Source of the DNA: Lama guanicoe | Lineage: Eukaryota | Reading direction: 5' to 3' | Assembly: GCA_013239625.1 (NCBI GenBank) | Contig: MU053934.1 | Coordinates: 1,605,031-1,669,030, forward strand | DNA: 64,000 bases | In this document: positions 1 to 9,800 of the stretch, piece after piece | How the letters are laid out: every line of letters begins with the position of its first letter | Numbering within the stretch: position 1 is the stretch's first letter | Notes under the pieces: model-generated | Databases searched by the model: none | What the model was told of the DNA's origin: nothing | What the model saw: only the letters and a program-made list of their open reading frames with translations | Program-made: the position numbers and the translations under genes

Positions 1-944
1 TTAAAGCCTTGGGGGAGACGTGTCCATGTCAGTTGAGTTTTTCCTCCTGTATGGGGATCCTCCCATTCAAATGCGAATATGGGCTGGCTCACAGGTGAGA
101 GTCGAAGACAGAAGAAAGCATCTTTAAGGTCTAGGCATGTAAACCATTTGGCATCTGCCGGAATGAGGCCCAGAAGAGTGTATGGATTTGGCACTGCTGA
201 ATGTATTGTAGTGACTACTTCATTTACTTTTCGTAAGTCCTGCACTGGCCTATAATCTGTTCCTTCTGCTTTCTTCACTGGGAGCAACGGTGTGTTCCAG
301 GGAGATCTGCACTCAGTTAGGATTCCCTCTTGTCTGAGGCGCTGTATATGCTTCTGGATTCCTAGGTGGGCCTCTCGAGGCATGGGATATTGCTTCTGTC
401 TGACTGGGCTGGCTCCAGGTTTGAGGTCAATCACCAGTGGTGCCTGATTATGTGCCAAGCCTGGTGGTCCATTTTCAGCCCAGACTAATGGAAACTCTTC
501 CAGGAGTTTGCAAGGATTTTCCTGGAGTTCTCTGCTCTCATACAGACGCCACTCTTCTTCTCGGGGAACTGAGATGGCTAGAATCATAGACTCTCCCTGT
601 AGGGTCAGATGTGCCTGTTTCCCGGGGACAAAGGTAATTTGTGCCCCCAATTTAGACAGAAGGTCTCTTCCAAGCAATGGTATTGGGCATTCAGGCAAAT
701 ATAAAAATTCATGTGTCACTAGATGGCCCCCTACTTGACAGGATCGTGGTTGGCAGAAATGGCGGGCAGTTGAGTCCCCAGTAGCCCCAATAATAGTCGC
801 CTTTTTTTTGGTCAGGGGGGCTACAGGTTGGGTCACCACAGAATACTCTGCTCCTGTGTCTACCATAAAAGTCATTGGTTGGCCCCCTATAAACATCTTG
901 ACCTTGGGCTCCCGGGGGCCCAGGGGCAGGGAGCCCGGTCTCTC
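1..944 (-). CDS. pol: ERV pro-pol (protease plus N-terminal reverse transcriptase), partial, expressed by readthrough of the gag amber stop
   Basis: Manual translation from 944 to 1 gives 314 codons with no stop: FMVDTGAEYS (DTG at 860-852), LLGRDLL, SPWNTPLLPVKK, DYRPVQDLRKVN, CLDLKDAFF, TWTRLPQGF. Missing from the ORF track because no stop lies inside the window. Confidence 0.95.
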
Positions 945-2230
945 CTATTCTGAGTTAACCCCAGCCAGTCCGATGTGATTGCTGGCTGGTGGCTCCAGCT
1001 GATAAGTAGGCCTTTTAGGGAGTGCTCTCTTTCCATCCTTTCTGTTTGGGCACTCGTTCTTCCAGTGCCCTGTCTCCCGGCAGTATGCACACTGGTCTCG
1101 GCCCAGGGGCATCCATGGTTGGGGTCCCCTCTTCCGGGGTGGTGCAGGATTCTGGCTGAAGCCTGTTTTCCCCAGGGCTGCTGCAAGGAGCACCGCTTTC
1201 TGCTTCATTCGCTGGTCTGCCTTTCGTTGGGCTTCCCGTTCTCAGTTTACAAAAACTTTGTTTGCTACTTCCAGCAGCTGTGTAGCGTTCATCCCTGCGA
1301 ATCCATCCAGTTTTTGGAGTTTCCGGCGTATATCTGGGTATGATTGGGCTACGAAGGCAGCATTGACCATCCGTTGGTTTTCTTGGGCCTCAGGATCAAA
1401 AGGAGTGTAGACTCGGAATGCTTCACACAGTCTCTCATAGAAGTCAGTGGGGGTTTCGTCTGGCCTCTGGGTCACCGTGGTCGTTCTAGACATGTTAGTT
1501 GGCTTCTTGGCTCCTGCTTTTAGCCCTTGTAGGATGGCCTCCCGGTACTCACGTAGTGCTTCTCTTCCTTCTTGGGTGTTAAAGTCCCAATCTAGTCTGG
1601 TGTCAGGGGCACGCGTCATGGTCCACGCCTCAATATCCATTGTGTCCCCAGGGTCTCGGCCCTGCAGCCATTTTCGTGCTTCAGTGAGAATGCATCTCCT
1701 CTCTTCTGTATTGAAAAGAGCCAGAAGCAGCTGGCGGACATCTTCCCAGGTGGGCCGGTGAGAATGGAAGATAGACTCTATGAGGTCAATCATAGCCTGC
1801 GGCTTTTCAGAGTAGGAAGGAGTGTGATGGCGCCAATTGAGAAGGTCTGTGGTGCTAAAGGGTTGGTAGTAGAGTACGGGGTGCCCAGGCTGAACAGTCC
1901 CGTCTTCCCCAACTTGCTGTGGCCCTTGTGTCTCCCGCAGCGGCATTTGGAGGGCCGGTGGTGCTGGCTTCACGGCTTGTGCTGAGCGGAGTCTCCTTCC
2001 TACCGGCTCAGGCTGGGGGCTGAGTTCTGCCTCTGGGTCCTCAGGTTGGGGAGGTGGTGACACAGAGGGTGGTGGTGTCTCCAATGGGACTGGAGGTGTT
2101 TGTGCCTTGGGGGCATATGGAGGGGGCAGGCATATCTCGTCTTCTGCGTCTCCCTGGAAAATCGAAACCCCTTTTTGAAATTCTTAATCATGCAGTCTAG
2201 AGTGGTGGGTTTTGACTTAGAGCCTCCCAT
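945..2230 (-). pseudogene. gag: ERV gag, defective (matrix largely deleted with frameshift near 2164; premature TGA at 1244-1242)
   Basis: MGGSKSKPTTLDCMIKNFKKGF start; PPPY late domain (2126-2115) in frame with the CA ORF (YQPFSTTDLLNW, major homology region QRPDETPTDFYERL); NC knuckle [14 protein letters not shown] in the same frame after the TGA; ends at TAG 947-945. Confidence 0.93.
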
Positions 2231-3045
2231 TCTTTTAGATATTTAAGGATAATAGTTCTGTTGCTTTAGATGTTTGGGAAGGTAGCCTTTATATCTTTTT
2301 CTTCTTCACTCTTCAAAACACCGGAGTTCCCAGAGAGACTGCTCTCTTGCTGGGTCTATGAGTTGTTTTAAGGCTAACTTGGTCAGGGACTCTGGGTTCC
2401 AGTCTCAGCTGATGTCTCTGGATCTCAAGGCCTCAAGCAGTTTCAGGGACTTTCTTCATTAAATCCTCTCTATATTCTGAACTAACGTATCAGGGGCGTG
2501 GGACTGACGGCAGATGGCAAAACAAATGGACTAGAAAAGGGACCTCCAGGGCTGGGCAAGCCCGGTCCTGAAGGAATTCGTCTTCTAAACTTACGTCCTG
2601 GGTGTCTGGGGCTAGGCAAAAGGGGCACTACTTGGGTCAGTTCAGTAGGGGAACAATAAGTCTCGGGTGTTCTGTGACAGAGTCAGGTAGGAGACTTTCT
2701 CAAAGAAATAGCATCCTAGCCTCCAAGGGCACAGGGGCGTTGACTCATTGGCTATGTCCTTTTCCCTCCCAGTGTAGCCACCCTGTGCCGGTGTCGCAGA
2801 CAAGACAAGGGAGGGTTTTCGTTGCGTCCGCCTGGCCGCTCCCCTCGCGGGGACGAAGGTGCCTCTTAGCTTTGGCAGGTCAGTATAAGCCGCTGACTCC
2901 GATCGGGACCCTGAGGGACCGATACCGCCCTGAGCCATATGAGGTCACCACGGAACCGCAGGTTGGGACTCACTCGAACTCCGTAGCAGAATGCCGTGGA
3001 GCTACAAATTCGAGCCTGATCGCATGCTTCACAGGCCGCTCATTT

Positions 3046-3047
<2 letters not shown>

Positions 3048-3084
<37 letters not shown>
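3048..3084. repeat. (CA)n microsatellite in the ERV leader
   Basis: Pure CA run. Confidence 0.95.
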
Positions 3085-3090
<6 letters not shown>

Positions 3091-3503
3091 AATAACATTC
3101 CTCCCACCAATACCAATATCCTGTTTCCTGTAGGAGGGGATCAGCCTCCTCTTCTGTCCACTGGGACAGGACCTGATTCCTGACCTGATTCCTGATTTCC
3201 CCGTCTGAGATACCATCAGACGGAGAGCCTGTAGGAGGGGATCAGCCTCCTCTTCTGTCCAATGGGACAGGACCTGATTCCTCCCGGGGGATCCTACCTT
3301 GTCCGGACGGCCACTGGTGAGCCTGTCTGTCCCTCCAAGGAGTCTGGCTCTGGTTGTAGCCCAGCCACCCGGGGGGCCGAGTTGCCGTCACGAAAGACAA
3401 CCCGGAATACCGTCGGGTGGCGCCTCCTCGTTCGCTGCCGGAGTCCTGTCCCCCGGTCGGCCGGAGCCACCAGTCCAGCGGCTCAAGGGGCCGGCGTGGT
3501 TGT

Positions 3504-3521
3504 ATCTCGCTGGGGCCTCCA
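3504..3521 (-). other. Primer binding site complementary to tRNA-Thr 3' end
   Basis: Minus strand TGGAGGCCCCAGCGAGAT, 4 nt after the LTR terminal CA; matches the ...ATCTCGCTGGGGCCT-CCA 3' end of a mammalian tRNA-Thr(UGU) as recalled. Confidence 0.88.
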
Positions 3522-3525
3522 GAAA

Positions 3526-4039
3526 TGTTATGGAAATGACAGGTTAGCCAAGAAACAAGCACCACTCGGAGGGTTGGAGTACTCAGATTTATTACGCCGG
3601 CGGGCTCAGAGGGGCTTTTGCTCCAAAGCTCTGAGCACCTCCAAGACGTGCACATGAGGTTTTATAGGGTTAATTACAAGTATGGGGCTATTAGCCAATA
3701 AGGTTCAAACAACAAAAAGCAAGGAATCAGTACACTGGAGCTTATCAATTTGGAACAGATCACGTTACTGACACTTGTTGAGCTTGGATTTATGAGTTAG
3801 CTTGTTAGCCCAGTAAACTGACACTAAACTTTAGATTTACAAGTTAGCCCGGCAGAACTTATATCAGTAAACCGACACTTATCACATCACACTTAGTGAC
3901 TGAGCTCGTTAGCCCAATAGACTGACACTAAACTTCAGATTTATGAGTTAGTCCAGCAGAACTCAGATCAGTAATCCGACACTTGTTGCACTTAGATTTG
4001 TGACTTAGCTTGTTAGCCCAGCTGGGCTTTTCCTTCACA
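3526..4039 (-). mobile_element. ERV 5' LTR (~514 bp)
   Basis: Minus strand TGTGAAGG...TAACA; TATAAAA near 3660-3666; AATAAA at 3593-3588; U3 contains ~2.5 copies of a 104-bp repeat; directly abuts the PBS. Confidence 0.88.
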
Positions 4040-4619
4040 ATATAGTGTATCATTTTTTTCAAATCCTAAAACAATGCTTAGAATATTAACACTGATTGCC
4101 TGCAAGTGTGAGATTATAGATTTAAATGTTGCAAATGGCCATGCAGTACTTTCCTAACTGGTGGGCAAAAATAGATTATTTTCAATGTTTAATTAAAACT
4201 CAAAGATGATGGTAGACCCATGGAATGTCACTAAGTAAAGGGAGCTAATTTTTATCCCTCAGTTTTAAGATGGGGACACAGAGGCCGGAGAGAGACAACC
4301 AGGTGTTTACTGAATTGGGCAGAAGGAAATTGGCAGACCACTCGGTGATGACAGCGACCTTTTCGGCTGCTCTGGCAGTCCCCACGCTGCTGGAGGCTGT
4401 GTGTCTCCAGGTATCCAGTGAATGTCTGCCACTACTGGGCTCCGTTAAGCCTCCCATCAGCTCTGCGGGGCTGGCGCGGGTGTCCAGGGACTGACAAGAG
4501 TTCAGAGAGTTGAAGTGGCAGGTTGGGGTCGGGGGAAGGGCCAGCAGGCTGTCCCCGACCCGAGGACCGCCTGGGGCGCCCGCATGTGGGGTCAGCTCCG
4601 CCTACCCTGCTGAACAATC

Positions 4620-4710
4620 CTTTCCTGAGCACGTCCTGCTGAGTCACGGTCTCCAGCGGCTTTTCGCTGAGTCATGGTCCCGAGGTCTATTTTCGCTGAG
4701 TCACGGTTCC
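4620..4710. promoter_or_regulatory. HMOX1 distal enhancer E2 (AB1-type): three StRE/MARE elements
   Basis: (T/C)GCTGAGTCA at 4637-4646, 4665-4674 and 4694-4703 in a CpG-rich patch ~8.4 kb upstream of the TSS; GCACGT HIF-like core at 4629-4634. Confidence 0.9.
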
Positions 4711-5049
4711 AGCTGCTCTCGGTTTAATCCCTTGGATGCAAGTCCCGGCTGCCAAGCTGGCAGAGGCGGCGACTTCCTGGATTCCGCACGTCCTGGCTGA
4801 CGGAGTCCAGCAAGGCCGGGCCTCCTCCCTCCTGCCTCGTGCTGGTCCGCATCCCTGTTTTAAGGAGCTAATGTTTCTCAGCGGCCGGGCGCTGTGCTGG
4901 GGTCTTCACACTTTAGACGGCAGAGCCCAGTGGGGTGGGTGCGATGATCCCTTTTAAGAGATGGGGATCTAGTCAAAGGCAGGGTCCTCTGCGAAACAGC
5001 TGGCCTGGAGCATCCCAAAATGACTAGGTCGGGAAACAGGCTACCGAGA

Positions 5050-5620
5050 GCAAAGCAGCAGGACAAACAACTGCAATGCAGCATCTGGGTTGGATCCTGG
5101 ACCGAGGGAAAGGGCTAGAAAAGACCTTTGGGGGCAACTGGTGAAATGTGAATATAGGGTTTATATAGTGGATTTGTATGAAATCCTGACAGTTTTGGTC
5201 AGGGTTTAGAGAGATGTAAGACTTACAATTAATGTCTTATTTACTTCTTTATGTTGGTTAGCCTTTGATACATGTTCTGAATCAGAAACCCAAGTAAAGA
5301 TTTTATTTTTAATGAAAGAAAAAAAGTTAAGTTTCCGGATGTTTATAACTGTACTGCAGGTTACAGGAGACTGTCCTCTAAGTGTAATACATGCTAAATG
5401 AGACAGAAAATTTTTAAAAATAAATAAATATGTATACATGTCAAAAAGAATATATATATAAAATCCAGACAGAGAGGATGGATGATAAAAACAAATGTGA
5501 CAAAAATGCTAACAACTGGTGAATCTAGGTAAAGATATACAGGAACAGTATACAGATGTACTGTTCCTACAATTTCTGGATATTTGGAATTATTCCAAAG
5601 GTTACCTTTTGAGAAAAAAA
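5050..5620 (+). mobile_element. Old L1 (L1MC/L1ME-like) 3' UTR fragment
   Basis: Recalled old-L1 3' motifs (tggatcctggacc...gggggcaactggtgaaat; aatgctaacaactggtgaatctaggtaaag); AT-rich. Confidence 0.55.
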
Positions 5621-5699
5621 AATACAGGTGAGGAAGCTGATGCTCAAAACTCCCAACTAAGAGTAAGGTTTGTCAGATGTTAGTAACCCCACCCTACTC

Positions 5700-5719
5700 A
5701 GAACCTTCCAGAAACTTCT
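5700..5719. promoter_or_regulatory. Perfect four-unit heat shock element
   Basis: aGAAccTTCcaGAAacTTCt. Confidence 0.75.
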
Positions 5720-6473
5720 AAATAGGAAAAAGCCTGGGAGGCTGGGGGAATCATGAAAGGGGAATGGGGTGCCACTCTTAGCTAGCGCTTACCGCAGGCT
5801 TCCTCTGTGCCAGGACCAGCTCTGAACTTTTTAAAGATATTAAACTGGTCTATTCATCCCATCCCCTTGAGCAGATGCTCCTCATCCTGTCAGACGAGGA
5901 GGTAAAACCTTAGAGGGGATGAAGGGCACACGTGCTGTAAGTCATGAACCCCAGACCTGACGGCAGTCCTTTGGCTTAGAGGTCGTTGCTTTGACCAGCC
6001 TACGCTACCTAGAAGTGCCGTTTTCAGGTTGAACCAGGCCCCACCGGGTCTTGCGGCCATAGTGGGTCTCCAAATAGGCCAAGCCGTCCGGCATTCTGAG
6101 CTCCCGAGCACTGGACCGCTGCCTGGTCTGGCCCTAGGACTTCAGTTCCTGGACCTGTGCTAGTGGAAGCTGGACAATGATGGAGGAAGATACTCTTTCT
6201 CCGCCCCTCACTGCCGCAGGCCCGGGACCTCTAGACAGCTGGCCATTGTAGAACTTGAGCGTGCTTTAGGGCCGGACACACCTGGCCTCAAGTCCCACGT
6301 GAGCTCTGTGGCCGTAGGCAGGAAATGTAACCCTGCTAAGCCTCATTCATTAAATATGCAGTGATTGCCTGCCTTGTGGCAGCTCTGGGCATAGGAAGGT
6401 GACTCCCGCACAGTCCTTGCTGCCTTCAAGGAGCTTATGGTCAGGGTGCGGGCAACTGGGGCACAGGGAGCTC

Positions 6474-6535
6474 GGTGGGGGGACCCCTAAGGTGGGGGGA
6501 CCCCTAAGGTGAGGGGACCCCCCAAGGTAAGGGGA
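6474..6535. repeat. 17-bp GC-rich minisatellite, ~3.5 copies
   Basis: ggtggggggacccctaa repeated with decay. Confidence 0.8.
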
Positions 6536-6906
6536 AGGACTTTAGCAAAGTGTGGGCTGAGTCTGTCTTACAGCCTTCTTGAGATATTACTGACATACAA
6601 TAAACTTTACATACTTAAAGTATACAAATTGATGAATTTTGACATCAGTGTACCCTGAAAACACCTCTACAGTCAAGATAATGAATTTATTCATCACTCC
6701 CCAAACTTTCCTCATGCTTGTTTGTAATCCCCACCTCCAAAAAGGTAACCAACCACTGATACGATTCTCTTAGTTTGGATTGTCTGGAACTTTTTATATC
6801 TCTCTATATACACTTTATGTATAACATATATAATTTTATATAAATGAAATTAAACAGCAAGAACTCTTTGGGGGAGGTCTGGCTTCTTTTACTGAGCATA
6901 ATCATC

Positions 6907-7040
6907 TTTTTTGGGGGGTAATTAGGTTTATTTATATTTATTGATTCATATTTTTATTTTTTTAATGGAGGTACTAGGGTTTGAACCCAGGACCTCGTGC
7001 ATGCTAGGCGTATACCCTACCGCTGAGCTATATCTCCCCC
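6907..7040 (-). mobile_element. tRNA-derived SINE, camelid Vic-1-like
   Basis: Reverse complement has A box TAGCTCAGCGG, B box GGTTCAAACCC, then AGTACCTCCATT and an A-rich tail with ACCTAATTACCCCCC. Confidence 0.85.
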
Positions 7041-7343
7041 AGCATAGTCATTTTGAGATTCATTCATGTCATATGGATCAATGGCTCATTCCATTTTGTT
7101 GCTGAGTATGTAGTGTATGTTTATACCACAATTTGTTTATCCATTCACCTGTTGATGGACACACGAGTTGTTTCCAGTTTGAGGCTACTGCAAATAAACC
7201 ACTGGGATCATTCGTGTACAAGTGTGGACATATACTTTCATTTCTGGTAGATAAACACCTAGGAGTGGAACTGCTGGGTTGTATGGTAGGTGTATGTTTA
7301 GCCTCTTAAGAAATTGCCAGACTGTTTTCCAAAGTGGTCGTAG

Positions 7344-7875
7344 TGTAAGGCAGGAAAAAAAACCCTTTTCCTCTACCCTCCTAGGTTCTTCAGCTGGGGA
7401 CCTGGAAATTAAACTGACAAATTAACAAGAGAGAAACAGAGTTTATTAACACATGCAGTGCACATCCACATGGGAGAAACCCAGTGCTGGGTAACTCAAA
7501 TAAGTGGTTAGACCTGGGGCTTATCTAACATCTTAATAGAACAACAAATATGTAGAGAGGTGACAAGATAAAGGAAAAGGGGTTTAGGCTTTTATGGCAG
7601 CAAACTGTGGGAGGGTAAATGTAGCGGAGGGGGGGGAACTAATGAAAGATAAGGGTTAATTTGGTAAGGTTTGTTATGCTGATTCCTCTGGGTACCATTT
7701 CTAGGCTAAGAGATGTTATCTCTCACTCTAGAATTTTCTAAGCCTGTTTTTAGGCAAATAAGAGGGAAAGAAGAGAGTATTTTCTGGCATTTGCTCTTTC
7801 TCATTTGTCTTAAGCTCAGAATGACACTTAAGCAAAAGTGGCATATTCTGGGCTGGCATATTCTGACCTCCTGCA
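7344..7875 (-). mobile_element. Solo LTR of an old ERV1 (MER34-like) nested in L1
   Basis: TG...CA bounded ~530 bp insert breaking the L1; minus-strand start TGCAGGAGGTCAGAATATGCCAGCCCAGAATATGCCAC resembles MER34-group LTRs as recalled. Confidence 0.6.
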
Positions 7876-9164
7876 GAACAGTGTTACAAGCTTACCAGCC
7901 ATAAATTTGAGTTCTTGTGGCTCCTCATTCTCAACAGCAGTGATTTTAGTCTTTAATTTTAGCCATTTGAATAGGTGCATAGTGGCATCTCCTCACGGTT
8001 TTAATCTGCACTTCCCTCATGACCTGTGAACTTGAATATCTTTTCATGTGCTTAGTTAGCATCCATGTGTCTTCTCTGGTGAATTATCTGTTCAAAATTT
8101 TTCCCATTTTAAAAAATTCACTTAACACAACCTTGTAAAACAACTGTAATTCAATTTTTTAAAAAACCATTTAATTTTTTAAAAAATTTTTAAATTTTCC
8201 TTCTTATTGAATTATATCAGCTCTTTACATATTCTAGAGACAAGTCCTTTGTTGGATATATTTTTGCAAATATTTTCTTTTAGTCTCTGACTTGCCTCTT
8301 CTGTGTGTGTATGTGGTCACAGTGTCTTTAAAGACGAAAAATTTTACATTTTGATAAAGTCTCATTGGTGTTTTTTTTTTTCTTTAACATTTTGTGCTTT
8401 TTTTGTGGTTGTATTTGAGAAATCTTTGCCAAATCTAAGGTCAGTAAGATTTTCCTTTGTGGTGTATCCTATGTATTTTATAGGTTTAGCTCTTTCCTCA
8501 AAGTCTAAAATCTATTTCTGGGCTGAGTCTTGAAAGGTGACTAGCCTAGCAAAGGGACAAAAGAGGGCATTCTAGGCAGGAGGGATGACATAAGCCAAGG
8601 CCCAAAGAGATGGGTGCCTCAGTAGTTCAGGGGGAGGTAGGCATTCTTAAGACTGGCATGCAGGGCGTGAGGGAGCAAGAGGGGTGCAATCCTTCCCCAG
8701 GGGACATGGCCAGGGCTGAGGGCAGTGGGCCAGGAGCGTCAGGCTAAAAACCTTGCATTTTCTCCCAAGGGCATTGTGGAGCTTCTATCCTCGTTGACCA
8801 GAGGAGTGATCACTGTCATGTCAACCAACTTATCAGCAAAATCACTGGCAGGAGGAGGAGTAGAAGAGATAAGGAGTGAAACAGTGTTCCATCAGGGCCA
8901 AGGCCCCCCTCTCCTCCTGCTCTTTTGTTGGGGTGAACCCTGCCCTCCCAGGAGGGTCATGATAACCAACCAGTATGAAATGCTGTTTCCTAGTGACTGT
9001 CCTACTGCTTTGGGGAGCGCTTTTATTACAAGTGTTCATCTTTTGTCTGTTACACGTGGGGCAAACATTTTCTCCCATTCTGCCAGTGTTGTTTCAACCT
9101 TCCTTATGGGGTCTCTTGTCACCCAGAAAAGTTCAGTGTTTGGTAGTAGTCCAGACTGGGGATG

Positions 9165-9270
9165 GGGGTAGGGTGGGGGGTAGAGTGCGTTGTTGGCGTT
9201 CACGAGGTCGTGGGTTCAATCCCCAGTGTCTCCGTTAGCTGGGTGAAATAAAAAATAAACAATAAACCTG
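9165..9270 (+). mobile_element. Vic-1-like SINE (diverged)
   Basis: ggtagagtgcg...cacgaggtcgtgggttcaatccccagtgtctcc plus A-rich tail aataaacct. Confidence 0.75.
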
Positions 9271-9689
9271 ACTGAGGATGGTTTTCATGATTTGGGCTTG
9301 TCTGCCTTGCTGAGAGGAAAGCCGTGCTCCAGTGAGGCTGATCACCCCTGCGGCCCTCATCCTCAGCCCGCACTCCCCTTCCTGGGTCAAGGGCATGTCC
9401 TCTTGGGTCTGGGTGGGGTGTGGGTGCAGTCAGGACACCTGAGTGACCCTGTCTACCTGGGATGCCCCCAGCTTGAGGACATCCATGTGGGGTCCCCGGA
9501 TTCTCCTGGAATACCGGTCCAGCTGAGGCACGGAACTCCCCCTCCCCACCCCCTCCGCCCTGTCCCCAGCTTCATTGGGAACCTTGCCTCTGTTTTTCAC
9601 TGTTGGAGCCTCAGGAGCCAAAGCCCTGGCCCCTCCCTGCTGCTCAAACCACTTCTGTTTTCCTGGCGGGGTGGGAGGGTGGCGCCTTC

Positions 9690-9800
9690 AGAATGCTGAG
9701 TCTTGGTTTCCACGTTCCCCACGTGCAGCTGCGTTTCTGCTGTGTCATGGTTGGGAGGGGGGACCAGGGAGACCGGAAAGGCAGATTTCGCTGAGTCACT
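9690..9800. promoter_or_regulatory. HMOX1 enhancer E1 (SX2-type), StRE cluster
   Basis: TGCTGAGTCT 9694-9703, TGCTGTGTCA 9738-9747, CGCTGAGTCA 9789-9798, ~3.3 kb upstream of the TSS. Confidence 0.85.

Larger units (their letters stand above)
1..4039 (-). mobile_element. Endogenous gammaretrovirus-like provirus (ERV1 class, tRNA-Thr PBS), 5' portion LTR-PBS-leader-gag-pro-pol, truncated by window edge
   Basis: Minus-strand order: LTR (TG...CA with TATA and AATAAA), PBS, gag (myristoylation-type MG start, PPPY, CA, CCHC), TAG, protease DTGA, RT motifs up to LPQGF. Confidence 0.97.
6570..8520 (-). mobile_element. Old L1 (L1MB/L1MC-like) 3' portion, interrupted by a SINE and an LTR
   Basis: Typical antisense L1 text (tttatccattcacctgttgatggaca, ttgccagactgttttccaaagtgg, gcaaatattttc). 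Confidence 0.75.

Noticed and set aside
3770..4020. Regularly spaced repeats resembling a CRISPR array
   Set aside because: Eukaryotic LTR U3 tandem repeat; the intervening sequence is itself repeated and there are no cas genes
4040..4045. Target-site duplication of the provirus
   Set aside because: Cannot be established because the 3' LTR is outside the window
6960..7040. tRNA-like A/B boxes here and at ~9170, 14700, 15570, 27770 and 41950
   Set aside because: These are heads of tRNA-derived SINEs with A-rich tails, not tRNA genes
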